A DNA stretch of 64,000 nt from positions 96,001-160,000 of the forward strand of contig CAWFOU010000001.1 of assembly GCA_963817525.1 (NCBI GenBank), in the 5' to 3' direction. Positions 28,241-38,673 of the stretch are shown here, piece after piece. Source of the DNA: an uncultured archaeon (GTDB lineage Archaea > Thermoproteota > Nitrososphaeria > Nitrososphaerales > Gagatemarchaeaceae). The notes under the pieces were generated by a model that did not search any database, had not been told where the DNA came from, and saw only the letters and a list, made by a program, of their open reading frames with translations. The translations under genes were made by a program, and so were the position numbers. Each line of letters opens with the position of its first letter. Position 1 is the stretch's first letter.

Positions 28241-29353
28241 ATGAAGTCTACTTCTCGCAATTCGAAGGGATTGAAGATCTTCAACGCGGCCTTCATGGTC
28301 TATATCCTGGCCATGGCGGGCGGGGCCTTCTACGTCGAGGCAGCGGGGCAGCACAACACGTCTTCCTCAAGCATCAAGTTTCCCTCCGGCGGTGCATTCG
28401 ATACTGCCGGCAACCTGCTCATATCCGACCAATACAACAACCGGGTAATAGAACTCGACCCGTTGACCGACCAGATCGTCTGGAGCTTCGGCTCCGGGAA
28501 CGGGTCGCTGTGCAACCCGGGACCGGGCTCTGTGATAGGTCCCAACGACGCAGAGCGATTGGCCGGCGGGTTGACCCTGATAAGCGGATCAGGGATCCCG
28601 GCTGGGTCACCTGTGCCCCCCTGCGTGGACAACCGGGTCATCATCGTCAACCAGCAAGGGGAGATCACGTGGCAGTATGGGCGAGCGGGGGCCAATGGCT
28701 CGGGTCAGGACCTTCTAAACGTCCCAGTCTTTGCGATGCAGCTTCCAAACAAAGACATCATGATAGTCGACCAAGGTAACAATCGGGTGATCGAAGTGAA
28801 CTACACGACGAAGCAAATCGACTGGTCATACGGGCCCACTTCCGGGCCGGGAGTGCTCAGCAGCCCGAACTCCGTGCAACTTCTACTCAACGGCGACGTC
28901 CTAATCGCCGACCAAGGCAACAACAGGGTGATCGAGGTAAACCACCAAGGCGACATCGTCTGGCAATATGACCAAGGACTGAACACAGCGGCTTTCGCGA
29001 GCCGCCTGCCGAACAACGACACGCTGATCGTGGACTCGGGGCACTCACGCGTTGTCGAGATCTCGAGCCAGGGTAGCATCGCGTGGCAGTACTACACCAA
29101 CCAGTCCCAGGGCAGTAACCCTGCCCCGTCTCCCTCCTACGCGCTCCGCCTGGCCGGTGGAGACACGGTCATCTCGGACACGCTGAACGACCGAGTCATC
29201 GTCGTCGACACCTCAGGCCAGATAGTGTACCAATATGGCATGACCAACGTTCCTGGAGCAGGCCCGAACGAGCTCGACGGCCCCTACTCAGCGTACGTGA
29301 TCGGGGATTACACAGGCCAGACGGCACCACCCGGTGCGAGCTGGGGCGGATAG
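28241..29353 (+). CDS. Secreted beta-propeller (NHL/PQQ-like repeat) protein
   Basis: Signal peptide plus repeated LPNGD.LI.D.GNNRVIEV...IVWQY units. Confidence 0.85.
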   Translation: MKSTSRNSKGLKIFNAAFMVYILAMAGGAFYVEAAGQHNTSSSSIKFPSGGAFDTAGNLLISDQYNNRVIELDPLTDQIVWSFGSGNGSLCNPGPGSVIGPNDAERLAGGLTLISGSGIPAGSPVPPCVDNRVIIVNQQGEITWQYGRAGANGSGQDLLNVPVFAMQLPNKDIMIVDQGNNRVIEVNYTTKQIDWSYGPTSGPGVLSSPNSVQLLLNGDVLIADQGNNRVIEVNHQGDIVWQYDQGLNTAAFASRLPNNDTLIVDSGHSRVVEISSQGSIAWQYYTNQSQGSNPAPSPSYALRLAGGDTVISDTLNDRVIVVDTSGQIVYQYGMTNVPGAGPNELDGPYSAYVIGDYTGQTAPPGASWGG

Positions 29354-29482
29354 AGGGTCGGATGCTTCACCGGAAGATTAGCGACAGGATCCCGATGAAG
29401 ACCCGCCAGCCCGAGCGCAGCAGACCCCAAGGCTTTCGCTGGAATATTTAAAAGGCAGGACGCCGCCGTCTTTTCACCCAAG

Positions 29483-29668
29483 TTGATTCCTGACCTCGCC
29501 ATTGTCACCCTGGCTCTATACGCGCTAGTGATGGTTGCGAGGTTCAACAGGCTGTTGCAGGGGCTCTTGTCAGGCCTGCTGACCCAACTCTTCGGGAAAG
29601 ACCTGATTGGCTCGTTGAGAGCCGCCAGGAACGCCCGCCGACCCCAGGCTCTTCCGACCTCTGAGTAG
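29483..29668 (+). CDS. Small single-TM protein
   Basis: Hydrophobic N-terminus; TATTTAAAA about 30 nt upstream. Confidence 0.45.
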   Translation: MIPDLAIVTLALYALVMVARFNRLLQGLLSGLLTQLFGKDLIGSLRAARNARRPQALPTSE

Positions 29669-29803
29669 GGTCGGATTTCGAACGCGTCAAAACACGCGTC
29701 TCGGACACCGAGTTTCGACACCCCCCTTGATACGAAAATGTACACAAACGCGTATAACTGCTTATTACACAGCATTCCTTGACCGTCCCCGAGTGCAAGA
29801 TGG

Positions 29804-31240
29804 GTGACCACCTTTGGCAGCGAGCTCAAACTGGCTCAACTTTCCCTGAAGGCTGAGCGCCTAGAGACCAGGGAGACGCCCCGCTCTCTCTTCGTAAAGA
29901 TTCACGAGGAATTCGATAACGCCTTCCTGCTAGAGTCGGCGATAGGCGCCAAGAGGCTGGCGGAGTACTCCTTCATCGGCTTCGAGCCGGACACCATCGT
30001 CCGGGTGAAGGACGGCGCGCTGGCGATGACCTCCCTCGACGGCTCGAAGGAGACCCTCAAGACCGAGGACCCCCTTAATGACCTCAGGACGATCATCGCC
30101 GCCTACTCGTTCGAGCAGAGGGCGCGCAGCCCCTTCCGGTTCATCGGGGGCGCGGTGGGCTACATATCCTACGACTCTATCAGGTACTGGGAGCGGCTCC
30201 CGGCCAACTCAAGAGACGACCTGCAGCTCCCCGACATGGAGTTCGCAATCTACACCGACGGCATCGTCTTCGACCACATCAACAAGGGCATCCATTACTA
30301 CACTCTGGGGCCCGAGAACAGGCTGAAGCAGGTCCAGTCCCTGCTGCGGAGGGCCCGGAGCGCGGGTGGCGAGCTGACCGCGCCCTCGCCTGCGAAGTCC
30401 ACCATGCCCAAGGAGAAGTTCATGGGCATCGTCGAGGCCGCGAAGAAGCAGATCACGGCCGGCGACATCTTCCAGGTAGTGCTCTCCAAGCGCTACGACT
30501 TTCAGCTCGAGGGAGACCTGTGCGTCTTCTACGAGGCGCTGAGCGAGATCAACCCCTCGCCCTACATGTACTTCCTAAAGTTCGGCGAGCGCCTGATCAT
30601 CGGGTCGAGCCCGGAGATGCTCGTCCGCGTCGAGGACCGCCAGGTAGAGACCTTCCCCATCGCTGGCACGCGCCCCCACCTTGCCGACGAGAAGGCGAAC
30701 GAGAAGCTCACGAGGGAGCTCCTCGCCGACCCTAAGGAGCGGGCCGAGCACACCATGCTCGTCGACCTCGCCAGGAACGACGTGGGGAGGGTCGCAAAGT
30801 ACGGGAGCGTGAAGGTCCCGGAGCTCTTCACCGTCCAGCAGTTCAGCCACGTCCAGCACATCGTCTCCAGGGTTGTCGGGACGTTGAGGCCTGAGTTCGA
30901 CTCCTTCGACGCGATGCGCGCGATGTTCCCCGCGGGCACCGTCTCCGGGGCGCCCAAGCCCCGGGCGATGGAGATAATCGAGGAGCTCGAGCCGCTGAGG
31001 CGTGGCCCCTACGCGGGCGCGCTTGGCTACTTCTCGTTCAACGGGAACGCGGACTTTGCCATCACCATCAGGACACTGGTCGCGCGGGGCTCGCGCTGCA
31101 GCATCCAGGCAGGCGCGGGGATAGTCGCCGACTCCGACCCCGAGAAGGAGTGGTATGAGGCCGAGTCCAAGGCGGCCGGGCTGATGAAGGCCGTCGAGAA
31201 GGCCACCGGGAGGCGCCTCGTCGGGGAGGGGAGAAGCTGA
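29804..31240 (+). CDS. trpE: Anthranilate synthase component I
   Basis: FLLES, NPSPYM, GSSPE, EHTMLVDLARND, GTVSGAPK. Confidence 0.95.
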   Translation: MTTFGSELKLAQLSLKAERLETRETPRSLFVKIHEEFDNAFLLESAIGAKRLAEYSFIGFEPDTIVRVKDGALAMTSLDGSKETLKTEDPLNDLRTIIAAYSFEQRARSPFRFIGGAVGYISYDSIRYWERLPANSRDDLQLPDMEFAIYTDGIVFDHINKGIHYYTLGPENRLKQVQSLLRRARSAGGELTAPSPAKSTMPKEKFMGIVEAAKKQITAGDIFQVVLSKRYDFQLEGDLCVFYEALSEINPSPYMYFLKFGERLIIGSSPEMLVRVEDRQVETFPIAGTRPHLADEKANEKLTRELLADPKERAEHTMLVDLARNDVGRVAKYGSVKVPELFTVQQFSHVQHIVSRVVGTLRPEFDSFDAMRAMFPAGTVSGAPKPRAMEIIEELEPLRRGPYAGALGYFSFNGNADFAITIRTLVARGSRCSIQAGAGIVADSDPEKEWYEAESKAAGLMKAVEKATGRRLVGEGRS

Positions 31241-31821
31241 AGGTCCTCGTCATCGACAACTACGACTCTTTCGTCTACAACCTCGCCCAGTACGTGGGCG
31301 AGCTGGGCGGGGAGCCGCAGGTCTTCAGGAACGACGCGATAACGATGCGCCAGGTGCGCGACATGGCCCCTGACCGCATAATCATCTCGCCCGGCCCCGG
31401 CCACCCTGCCGACAAGCGGTACTTCGGAGTCTGCGAGAGGATTCTCCAAGAGGTGAGCCCGAATGTCCCCACCCTGGGCGTATGCCTCGGCCATCAGGGC
31501 ATCGGGACATCTTATGGCGCGAAGGTGAGCGGCGCTTCCCGGCTGATGCACGGAAAGACCAGTCGGATAGTCCACGACGGCCAGGGGGTCCTCAAGGGCG
31601 TGAAGAACCCCTTCGAGGCCACGCGCTACCATTCGCTCGCCATCCAGAAAGACGACATCCCAGCGGAGCTGCGGGTGACGGCCCTTTCGATGGACGACGC
31701 GGAGATAATGGGGGTCAGGCACAGGAAGTATCCAATCGAGGGCGTCCAGTTCCATCCCGAGTCGATAATGACCCCCGAGGGCAAGAAGATCATCAGGAAC
31801 TTCCTCAGGGGAACTCGATGA
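31237..31821 (+). CDS. trpG: Anthranilate synthase component II (CTG start)
   Basis: xKVLVIDNYDSF, SPGPG, GVCLGHQ, QFHPES. Confidence 0.95.
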   Translation: MKVLVIDNYDSFVYNLAQYVGELGGEPQVFRNDAITMRQVRDMAPDRIIISPGPGHPADKRYFGVCERILQEVSPNVPTLGVCLGHQGIGTSYGAKVSGASRLMHGKTSRIVHDGQGVLKGVKNPFEATRYHSLAIQKDDIPAELRVTALSMDDAEIMGVRHRKYPIEGVQFHPESIMTPEGKKIIRNFLRGTR

Positions 31822-32894
31822 CCGCGACGCAGGGCGCCATCCAGGACATGCTGGACGGCAAGGACCTTACGAGCGAGACCATAGAGGCCTGCCTCAAGGA
31901 GATAGTCGAGGGGACCGCGTCCCCCGTCCAGATCGGCGGGCTCCTCGTCGCGCTCAGGAAGAAGGGCGAGACCGTCGAGGAGATCGCGGCGTTCGCCTCG
32001 ACCCTCCGCGGCTACGGCGAGATGAAGGACCGCCCCTCCGTGAAGGGGAGGATGATCGACATGTGCGGGACGGGCGGCGACGTGGTCAAGACGCCCAACG
32101 TGAGCACGATATCGGCCTTCGTAGCGGCCGGGGCCGGCGCGATTGTGGCCAAGCACGGGGGCCGCTCTGTGACCAGCAAGTCGGGGAGCGCCGACGTCCT
32201 CGAGAAGCTGGGCTTCAACCTGGCGATGGACCCCTCGCGGGTCAGGGACTCCATCGAGCAGCTGGGCATCGGGTTCATGTTCGCCCCTGCATTCCACCCA
32301 GCGATGAAGCAGGTCGCACCGGTGAGGAAGGAGCTCGGGGTCAGGACGGTGTTCAACCTCATGGGGCCCCTCATCAACCCCGCGCGCGTCGACGCGCAGC
32401 TGCTGGGCCTCTACACGCCCACCCTGGTACCCCCGGTGGCCGCGGTCCTCGGGAGGCTGGGCCTCCAGGAGGCGCTCGTCGTCCACGGGCTGGAGGGGGT
32501 GGACGAGATCTCGGTCACCGGCAAGACGCTCGTCTCGCACCTCAAGGACGGAGAGACGACCACGCGCGAGTACTCTCCCCGCGAGTTCGGGCTCAAGGAC
32601 GGGCCGCTCTTCGCGGCGACGGGCCCGGCAGACGCGGAGGAGGGGGCGATGCTCGCGCTCTCAATCCTGAGCGGGGGCGCGGAGGAGAGGGACTGCGGCA
32701 CCCTGATGGTCCTAGTGAACAGCGCGGCGAGCCTGGTCCTGGCGCAGAGAGCGTCGACCTTCGCCGAGGGCATCGAGCTGGCAGCCTCATCCATAAAGAG
32801 CGGCAGGGCGATGGGGAAGCTGGAGCAGATGGTGAAGTTCAGTGGCGGGAGCCTGGACGGGGCGAGGGAGAGGTATGCAAACCAAGAAAAGTGA
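31818..32894 (+). CDS. trpD: Anthranilate phosphoribosyltransferase
   Basis: DMCGTGGD, NVST, AKHGGR, GSADVLE. Confidence 0.95.
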   Translation: MTATQGAIQDMLDGKDLTSETIEACLKEIVEGTASPVQIGGLLVALRKKGETVEEIAAFASTLRGYGEMKDRPSVKGRMIDMCGTGGDVVKTPNVSTISAFVAAGAGAIVAKHGGRSVTSKSGSADVLEKLGFNLAMDPSRVRDSIEQLGIGFMFAPAFHPAMKQVAPVRKELGVRTVFNLMGPLINPARVDAQLLGLYTPTLVPPVAAVLGRLGLQEALVVHGLEGVDEISVTGKTLVSHLKDGETTTREYSPREFGLKDGPLFAATGPADAEEGAMLALSILSGGAEERDCGTLMVLVNSAASLVLAQRASTFAEGIELAASSIKSGRAMGKLEQMVKFSGGSLDGARERYANQEK

Positions 32895-33711
32895 GGCGAG
32901 CTTCATCTTCACGCTCGCCAGCTCCGCGGCCCAGAACATCGAAGAGGGCTACTATCGCGGAATCGACAGGATGCAGGCCAGCGGCCTGAAGCGGGTGAGC
33001 CTCAAGGACTCGATCGCCCGGTCGAGGCTCACGCCGATCATCGCGGAGATCAAGTTCACCTCCCCCGCGGAGGGGAAGCTAAAAAAGCCCGGCGACGTGG
33101 CGAAGATCGCGCGGGCGTACGAGCGAGGCGGCGTCGCGGGCATCTCCGTCCTCACGGAGCCCAAGCACTTCGACGGCGACATCCGCTACCTCCCGCTCGT
33201 GAAGAGGGCCGTAGGCGTGCCCGTCCTCATGAAGGACATCATCATCGACCCGGTCCAGATAGACGCCGGAGCGGACATGGGCGCTGACGCGGTCCTCTTC
33301 ATCGCGGCGATCTTCAAGAACAGGCTCGCGAGGGCGAGCCTCGAGCAGATGTTCTCTCGGGCCCACGGCCGAGGGCTCGAGGTGCTCTTCGAGGCGCACA
33401 CCGAGGACGAGTACAAGTTCGCGCTAGAGTCGGAGGCCGACGTCGTCGGGATAAACAACCGGGACCTGGGCACCCTGGAGGTGGGCCTCGAGACCTCGAA
33501 GAGGCTCCTCGCGGCCAGCAGGGAGAGGCGGGGGCGCCTCAAGGTGATGGGAAGGGACAAACTCGTCATCTCGGAGAGCGGCATCAAGACCGGTCGAGAC
33601 ATCGGTGAGCTGACCGAGCTCGGGGCAGACGGGTTCCTCGTCGGCTCGGCGCTCATGAAGTCGCCAGACGTCGAGGCAAAGGTGCGGTCGCTCACGGGGA
33701 AGTCAAGATGA
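32875..33711 (+). CDS. trpC: Indole-3-glycerol phosphate synthase
   Basis: IAEIKFTSP, SVLTEP, GINNRDL, SESGI. Confidence 0.95.
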   Translation: MQTKKSEASFIFTLASSAAQNIEEGYYRGIDRMQASGLKRVSLKDSIARSRLTPIIAEIKFTSPAEGKLKKPGDVAKIARAYERGGVAGISVLTEPKHFDGDIRYLPLVKRAVGVPVLMKDIIIDPVQIDAGADMGADAVLFIAAIFKNRLARASLEQMFSRAHGRGLEVLFEAHTEDEYKFALESEADVVGINNRDLGTLEVGLETSKRLLAASRERRGRLKVMGRDKLVISESGIKTGRDIGELTELGADGFLVGSALMKSPDVEAKVRSLTGKSR

Positions 33712-34385
33712 CCAGAGTAAAGATCTGCGGGCTGACCAGGGAGGAGGACGTGGACGCCGTCGTGGACGCGGGGACCGACGCCGTCGGGTTCATCTCGGGG
33801 CTCCCGAGCTCGCCGCGCAACCTCACAATCCAGCGCGCCGCCGGGCTCATGTCGAGGATACCGCCCTTCGTGACGGCCGTCCTCGTCACAACGGGCGACG
33901 CGCTCGCGGAGAACTCCGAGGCCGTGAAGCGCATGGCCCCTAAGGCCATCCAGCTCTACGGCAGCTCGTTCTCGCCCCAGACGCTCAAGGGCGCGTTCCA
34001 CGCCTTCCTCCTCAGGCCCTACCAGGTGGGGAGGCAGGAAGGCGATGTGGCCGTCGCCGACGCGATGCAGAAGGTCAAGGACGCCGTTGATGGGTACGAC
34101 GCTCTCCTCACGGACACCTACGTCAAGGGCTGGGAGGGTGGCACAGGGCTGACCTCGGACTGGGGCTTCTGCGCGGACATACGCAAGTCCATCGCCCCCA
34201 CCCCACTGATACTCTCGGGAGGCCTGAGGCCCGAGAACGTGCAGCTCGCGATAACCACCGTCGCGCCGTTCTGCGTCGACGTCTCGTCGGGGGTGGAGTC
34301 CGCCCCCGGCATAAAGGACGCCGCAAAGGTGAAGGCCTTCGTGAACAACGCCAACCAGCCCGAGGCGACGAGGGTGCACCACTAG
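33708..34385 (+). CDS. trpF: Phosphoribosylanthranilate isomerase
   Basis: VKICGLT, GGTG, LSGGL.PENV, DVSSGVE. Confidence 0.95.
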   Translation: MTRVKICGLTREEDVDAVVDAGTDAVGFISGLPSSPRNLTIQRAAGLMSRIPPFVTAVLVTTGDALAENSEAVKRMAPKAIQLYGSSFSPQTLKGAFHAFLLRPYQVGRQEGDVAVADAMQKVKDAVDGYDALLTDTYVKGWEGGTGLTSDWGFCADIRKSIAPTPLILSGGLRPENVQLAITTVAPFCVDVSSGVESAPGIKDAAKVKAFVNNANQPEATRVHH

Positions 34386-35588
34386 ATGGCCACCAAGAGG
34401 CGGGGCTCGAAGAAGGGCGACGCCGCCGGGAGGTTCGGGGCATTCGGAGGGCAGTTCGTCCCCGAGACGCTCGTCCCCGCGGTCCAGGAGCTTGAGCGCG
34501 CCTACCTCTCCGCGCGAAAGGACAAGGCCTTCGAGGCGGAACTCCGGCGCCTCCTTCACGAGTTCGCGGGGAGGCCCACCCCCGTCTACTTCGCGGCCAA
34601 CCTCACGGCCCACGCCGGCGGCGCCAAGATCTTCCTCAAGCGCGAGGACCTCCTCCACGGGGGCGCGCACAAGATCAACAACACCATCGGGCAGGCCCTC
34701 CTCGCGAAGAGGATGGGGAAGAGGCGGATAATCGCGGAGACTGGGGCGGGGCAGCACGGGGTCGCCACCGCGATGGCCTGCGCCGCCCTGGGCCTGAAGG
34801 GCGAGGTCTACATGGGCACCGAGGACATCGAGAGGCAGAAGCTCAACGTCTTCAGGATGAGGCTCCTTGGCGCCGAGGTCCATCCCGTGGACAGCGGCTC
34901 GCGCACCCTCAAGGACGCCATCAACGAGGCCCTGAGAGACTGGGTCACCAACGTGAAGACGACCTACTACCTCCTCGGCTCGGCGGTCGGCCCCCACCCG
35001 TACCCGACGATGGTGAGGGACTTCCAGAGCGTAATAGGCCTGGAGGTCAAGGCCGACTTCAAGAGGATGGGCCGCCTGCCAGACACGGTGGTCGCCTGCG
35101 TGGGCGGGGGGAGCAACGCGATCGGGAGCTTCCACGCCTTCGCTCGCGACAAGGGGGTCAAGCTCTATGGGGTCGAGGCGGGCGGGACGGGGCCTGGGAG
35201 AAACGCCGCGCCCCTGGTCGAGGGGAGGAAGGGCGTCCTGCACGGGATGCTCACCTACGTCCTCCAGGACGAGAACGGGCAGGTGAGGAGCACCGAGAGC
35301 ATCTCCGCAGGGCTAGACTACCCTGGAGTGGGTCCCGAGCACTCCTACCTCAAGGACAGCGGGCGGGCCACCTACGTCACGGTCTCCGACGACGAGGCAG
35401 TCGAGGCGTTCCACCTCACCGCGCAGAAGGAGGGGATAATCCCCGCCCTCGAGTCGGCCCACGCGGTGGCCTACGCGCTCAAGCTCGCGAAGCAGATGAG
35501 GAATGGGCAGTCGATCGTGGTCACGCTCTCCGGGAGGGGGGACAAGGACGTCCAGACCATAGCGAAGAAGGCCGGAATAGAGCTATGA
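34386..35588 (+). CDS. trpB: Tryptophan synthase beta chain (TrpB1)
   Basis: [32 protein letters not shown]. Confidence 0.97.
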   Translation: MATKRRGSKKGDAAGRFGAFGGQFVPETLVPAVQELERAYLSARKDKAFEAELRRLLHEFAGRPTPVYFAANLTAHAGGAKIFLKREDLLHGGAHKINNTIGQALLAKRMGKRRIIAETGAGQHGVATAMACAALGLKGEVYMGTEDIERQKLNVFRMRLLGAEVHPVDSGSRTLKDAINEALRDWVTNVKTTYYLLGSAVGPHPYPTMVRDFQSVIGLEVKADFKRMGRLPDTVVACVGGGSNAIGSFHAFARDKGVKLYGVEAGGTGPGRNAAPLVEGRKGVLHGMLTYVLQDENGQVRSTESISAGLDYPGVGPEHSYLKDSGRATYVTVSDDEAVEAFHLTAQKEGIIPALESAHAVAYALKLAKQMRNGQSIVVTLSGRGDKDVQTIAKKAGIEL

Positions 35589-36394
35589 GCCCGATATCCG
35601 GGGTCTTCCAGAGGCTCCACAGGGAGGGCGCCCTCATCGCCTACGTCATGGGCGGCGACCCAGACCCGAGCACGTCGGGCTCGGTGATCGACGCCGTCGT
35701 GAGGGGCGGGGCCGACATCGTCGAAGTGGGGATACCCTTCTCCGACCCGATCGCCGACGGCAAGTCCATCCAGGCGGCCGACGTCCGCTCGCTGGCGGCG
35801 GGCACCACGCCGGCCCAGGTGCTGGAGCTCATCGCCGCGGCCAAGGCCAGGAACCCGCGCGTCCCCATCGTAGCCATGACGTACTACAACATCCTCTTCT
35901 CCAACGGCCTCGAGAAGTTCCTCTCCGCCGCGAAGGGACACGGGGTCGACGGCCTCATCGTCCCCGACCTCCCATTCGACGAGATCGAGGAGTACGCCCC
36001 CCTCGCGAAGCGCTACGGGCTCGACGCCGTCCTGCTCGCCGCCCCCACCACCGCGCCCTCGCGGATGAAGGCGATAGCAGCGCACACCTCGGGCTTCCTC
36101 TACCTCGTCTCGCTCACGGGGGTCACCGGGGCGAGGGCCGACGTCCAGCAGAGCACCGTCGGGCTCATCCAGTCGGCAAAGAGCAACGCCAAGGGAGTGC
36201 CCATAGGCGTGGGGTTCGGGATATCGACTCCCGACCACGTGAGGTCGGTCCTCTCCGCGGGCGCGGACGCCGCAGTGGTGGGCAGCGCGATCGTGGACAG
36301 GGTGGCGCGTTACCAGAAGGACGGCGCCGCCGTGATGCTAGCGAACGTCGAGAGCTACGTCCGGTCCCTCAAAGACGCGACCAGGCGCGCCTAG
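35585..36394 (+). CDS. trpA: Tryptophan synthase alpha chain
   Basis: [26 protein letters not shown]. Confidence 0.96.
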   Translation: MSPISGVFQRLHREGALIAYVMGGDPDPSTSGSVIDAVVRGGADIVEVGIPFSDPIADGKSIQAADVRSLAAGTTPAQVLELIAAAKARNPRVPIVAMTYYNILFSNGLEKFLSAAKGHGVDGLIVPDLPFDEIEEYAPLAKRYGLDAVLLAAPTTAPSRMKAIAAHTSGFLYLVSLTGVTGARADVQQSTVGLIQSAKSNAKGVPIGVGFGISTPDHVRSVLSAGADAAVVGSAIVDRVARYQKDGAAVMLANVESYVRSLKDATRRA

Positions 36395-37251
36395 GCTCCC
36401 TTCTCGGCCGCGCTGTAGATCTCCCTTATCACCGCGCCCCCTCTCTTGTCTGTCTTGTATCTCTTCGCTAGCTTCGAGAAGTGCCTGTCGAAGGCCCTCC
36501 TGTCAGAGGCCTCTATCATCGAGAGCACGCTCTTCAGCTCCCGCGAGGCCGCGCGAGCGACCTCCTTCGAGTAGGGGTTGCCCGCCTGGATGGCGAACGA
36601 GAGCCTCGCGTCCTGGGCGAGCACGGCCTCCGCAAGGGTCAGCTGCATCGAGGAGTTGGGAGTGGAGACACGCATGAACTCCTCCGGTGTGAGGAATCGC
36701 GACGCCGTCCCCGCGTAGACGACGTTGAGGATGTGCGTCAGCGAGAGGACGACGGCCATAGACCTGTCGTGCTCGCTGAGGCTCATCGGTATGATCCTCG
36801 CCTCCGGGAAGAGCCTCGCGGCGAGGGATGCCTCCGGGCCGTCCGCCCCGCCTTTGCCTACTATCACCGCGACCTTCATCCCCCTGGTGGACTCGAGGGC
36901 GGGGCCGAAGAGGGGGTGGATGGAGAGGAGGCTCACCCTCTTGCCGACGAGCTTCTTCAGCGCCGGGAGGGTCTGGGTCTTCACCGAGGATATCTCGACC
37001 AGCGTCGATCCGGGCCTCAGCTTGCCGACGAGCTCCTTCGCGACCTTCACCGTGTCGTCTATGGGGACCGCGATGACGGTGACGTCGCACCCCTTCACGG
37101 CCTCCGCGTTCGTCCGAACGGCAACGACGCCGGGGATAGCGACCCTTCCTTCGCTCGAGTCCGAGCCCCTGACCTCGTCGCCCCTCTCGAGGAAGTAGCG
37201 CGCGAAGAACGAGCCCATCCCGCCCGAAGCGCCGATGACGGAGACCTTCAA
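36391..37251 (-). CDS. tyrA: Prephenate/arogenate dehydrogenase
   Basis: MKVSVIGASGGMG, EISSVK, HPLFGP, EHD; TTG start overlaps the upstream stop. Confidence 0.9.
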   Translation of the reverse strand: MKVSVIGASGGMGSFFARYFLERGDEVRGSDSSEGRVAIPGVVAVRTNAEAVKGCDVTVIAVPIDDTVKVAKELVGKLRPGSTLVEISSVKTQTLPALKKLVGKRVSLLSIHPLFGPALESTRGMKVAVIVGKGGADGPEASLAARLFPEARIIPMSLSEHDRSMAVVLSLTHILNVVYAGTASRFLTPEEFMRVSTPNSSMQLTLAEAVLAQDARLSFAIQAGNPYSKEVARAASRELKSVLSMIEASDRRAFDRHFSKLAKRYKTDKRGGAVIREIYSAAEKGA

Positions 37252-38672
37252 CTCAGCAGTTCGCCTATCTTGCTGACCCCCGCGGTCAGGACATCCTGGG
37301 GCTGGCCCAGCGATATCCTGAAGCACCTTGGATAGTCGCCGAACCCGGTCCCGGGGCTGATGGTCACGCCCTTCTTCTCGAGGAGCTCCATCGCGAAGGC
37401 CGTGGAGTCGAAGGCCGGGTCCTTTGCCTGTGGCCAGGCGTAGATCGCCCCCTCGGGCTCTAGAAGCTCGAGGGCGTCTATCTTCTTCAGCTCGGCGCTG
37501 GTCGCGTCGATGCGCTCCTTCATCACCTTGGAGTTGTGCGAGACCTCCGCCTGGCACTCGAGCGCCTTCGCCGCCCCCCTCTGGATGAAGTCGGGGACGC
37601 AGGTGATCATGAGCCCGAGGACCTTCAGCATCCTGGAGCTGGTCTCGGCGGGGGCGAACGAGTAGCCCACCCTGAACCCGGTCATGCTCCACGCCTTTGA
37701 GAACGACGAGGTGAGGATGTACTTCCTCGGGAGGCTTTCGAAGATGGTCGGGCACGGCTTGTAGGAGTAGTCGTTGTAGATCTCGTCGCTTATCACCGTG
37801 AGGCCATAGTCGTCCGCGATCCCGACCATCTCCTTGAACGCTGCCTTGCCCATTATCTTCCCGGTCGGGTTCGAGGGGTAGCTGAGTATGAGCGCCTTTG
37901 TGTTCGGCCTGATCGCGGCCTTCACCCTCTCCGGGGAGGGCTCCCACCCCTCCTCGAGGGTGGTGTGGACCGTGATGGGCCTCGCGCCGATGTACTCAAT
38001 GCCCTCCTTGTACGCGGGCCAGTTCGGCTCTATCACGACCACACTGTCTCCCTCGGAGGCCACCGTGGCGAGCGCAGAGTACACCGCGAACCTCCCGCCC
38101 GGCGTGACGATGAGCTGGTTCTCGGTGGCGTCGCCGTAGCCGTAACGCCTCGCGAAGTAGGCCTTGAGCGCCGTGAGGAGCTCGGGGATGCCCCTCCCCA
38201 CCGTATAGTAGGTCTTGTACGCGTAAAGCGCCTCGGAGACGGCGTCGAGCACGGCTTTGGGCGGGTGGAAGTCGGGCTCGCCGACGTCCAGCCTCAAGAG
38301 CTTCTTCCCGCTCTTCTCTATCTCGGTCGCCTTGGCCATCATCACCATCGGGGTGATGAGCTGCTTGGGCTTCGCGGTCCCCTGCATCCGCTGGACCTTC
38401 TTGGACTCTGTGAGGAGGGTCCCCAGGATCTTGGTCCCGAGCTGCTGGTCGAGCCCGAGCGTCTTACACTCGCGGAGCACTTCCTCGAGGAGCGCGTCCT
38501 CCACGGCCTCGTTGTCTATCGGGATAGACTCCTTGCTCTTGACCTGCCCTATCTTCTTCGCCAGCTCTATCCTCTTCGCGACGAGCTTGATTATCTCCTC
38601 CGTGGTCGCAGCTACCTCTTCGCGCAGTTCCTGGAGCTCCGAGCCCTTTTGCTCCATGTCGCTGCTCGTCAT
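37248..38672 (-). CDS. Chorismate mutase (AroQ) fused to a class I/II aminotransferase
   Basis: LQELREEV...AKKIGQVK N-domain; GEPDF, NPTG, SDEIY, SFSK, GFRVG. Confidence 0.88.
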   Translation of the reverse strand: MTSSDMEQKGSELQELREEVAATTEEIIKLVAKRIELAKKIGQVKSKESIPIDNEAVEDALLEEVLRECKTLGLDQQLGTKILGTLLTESKKVQRMQGTAKPKQLITPMVMMAKATEIEKSGKKLLRLDVGEPDFHPPKAVLDAVSEALYAYKTYYTVGRGIPELLTALKAYFARRYGYGDATENQLIVTPGGRFAVYSALATVASEGDSVVVIEPNWPAYKEGIEYIGARPITVHTTLEEGWEPSPERVKAAIRPNTKALILSYPSNPTGKIMGKAAFKEMVGIADDYGLTVISDEIYNDYSYKPCPTIFESLPRKYILTSSFSKAWSMTGFRVGYSFAPAETSSRMLKVLGLMITCVPDFIQRGAAKALECQAEVSHNSKVMKERIDATSAELKKIDALELLEPEGAIYAWPQAKDPAFDSTAFAMELLEKKGVTISPGTGFGDYPRCFRISLGQPQDVLTAGVSKIGELLS

Positions 38673-38673
38673 C

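Noticed and set aside
33186-35243. 685-aa antisense ORF and many similar shadow ORFs
   Set aside because: They lie opposite or out of frame with well-supported genes, as expected at high GC.
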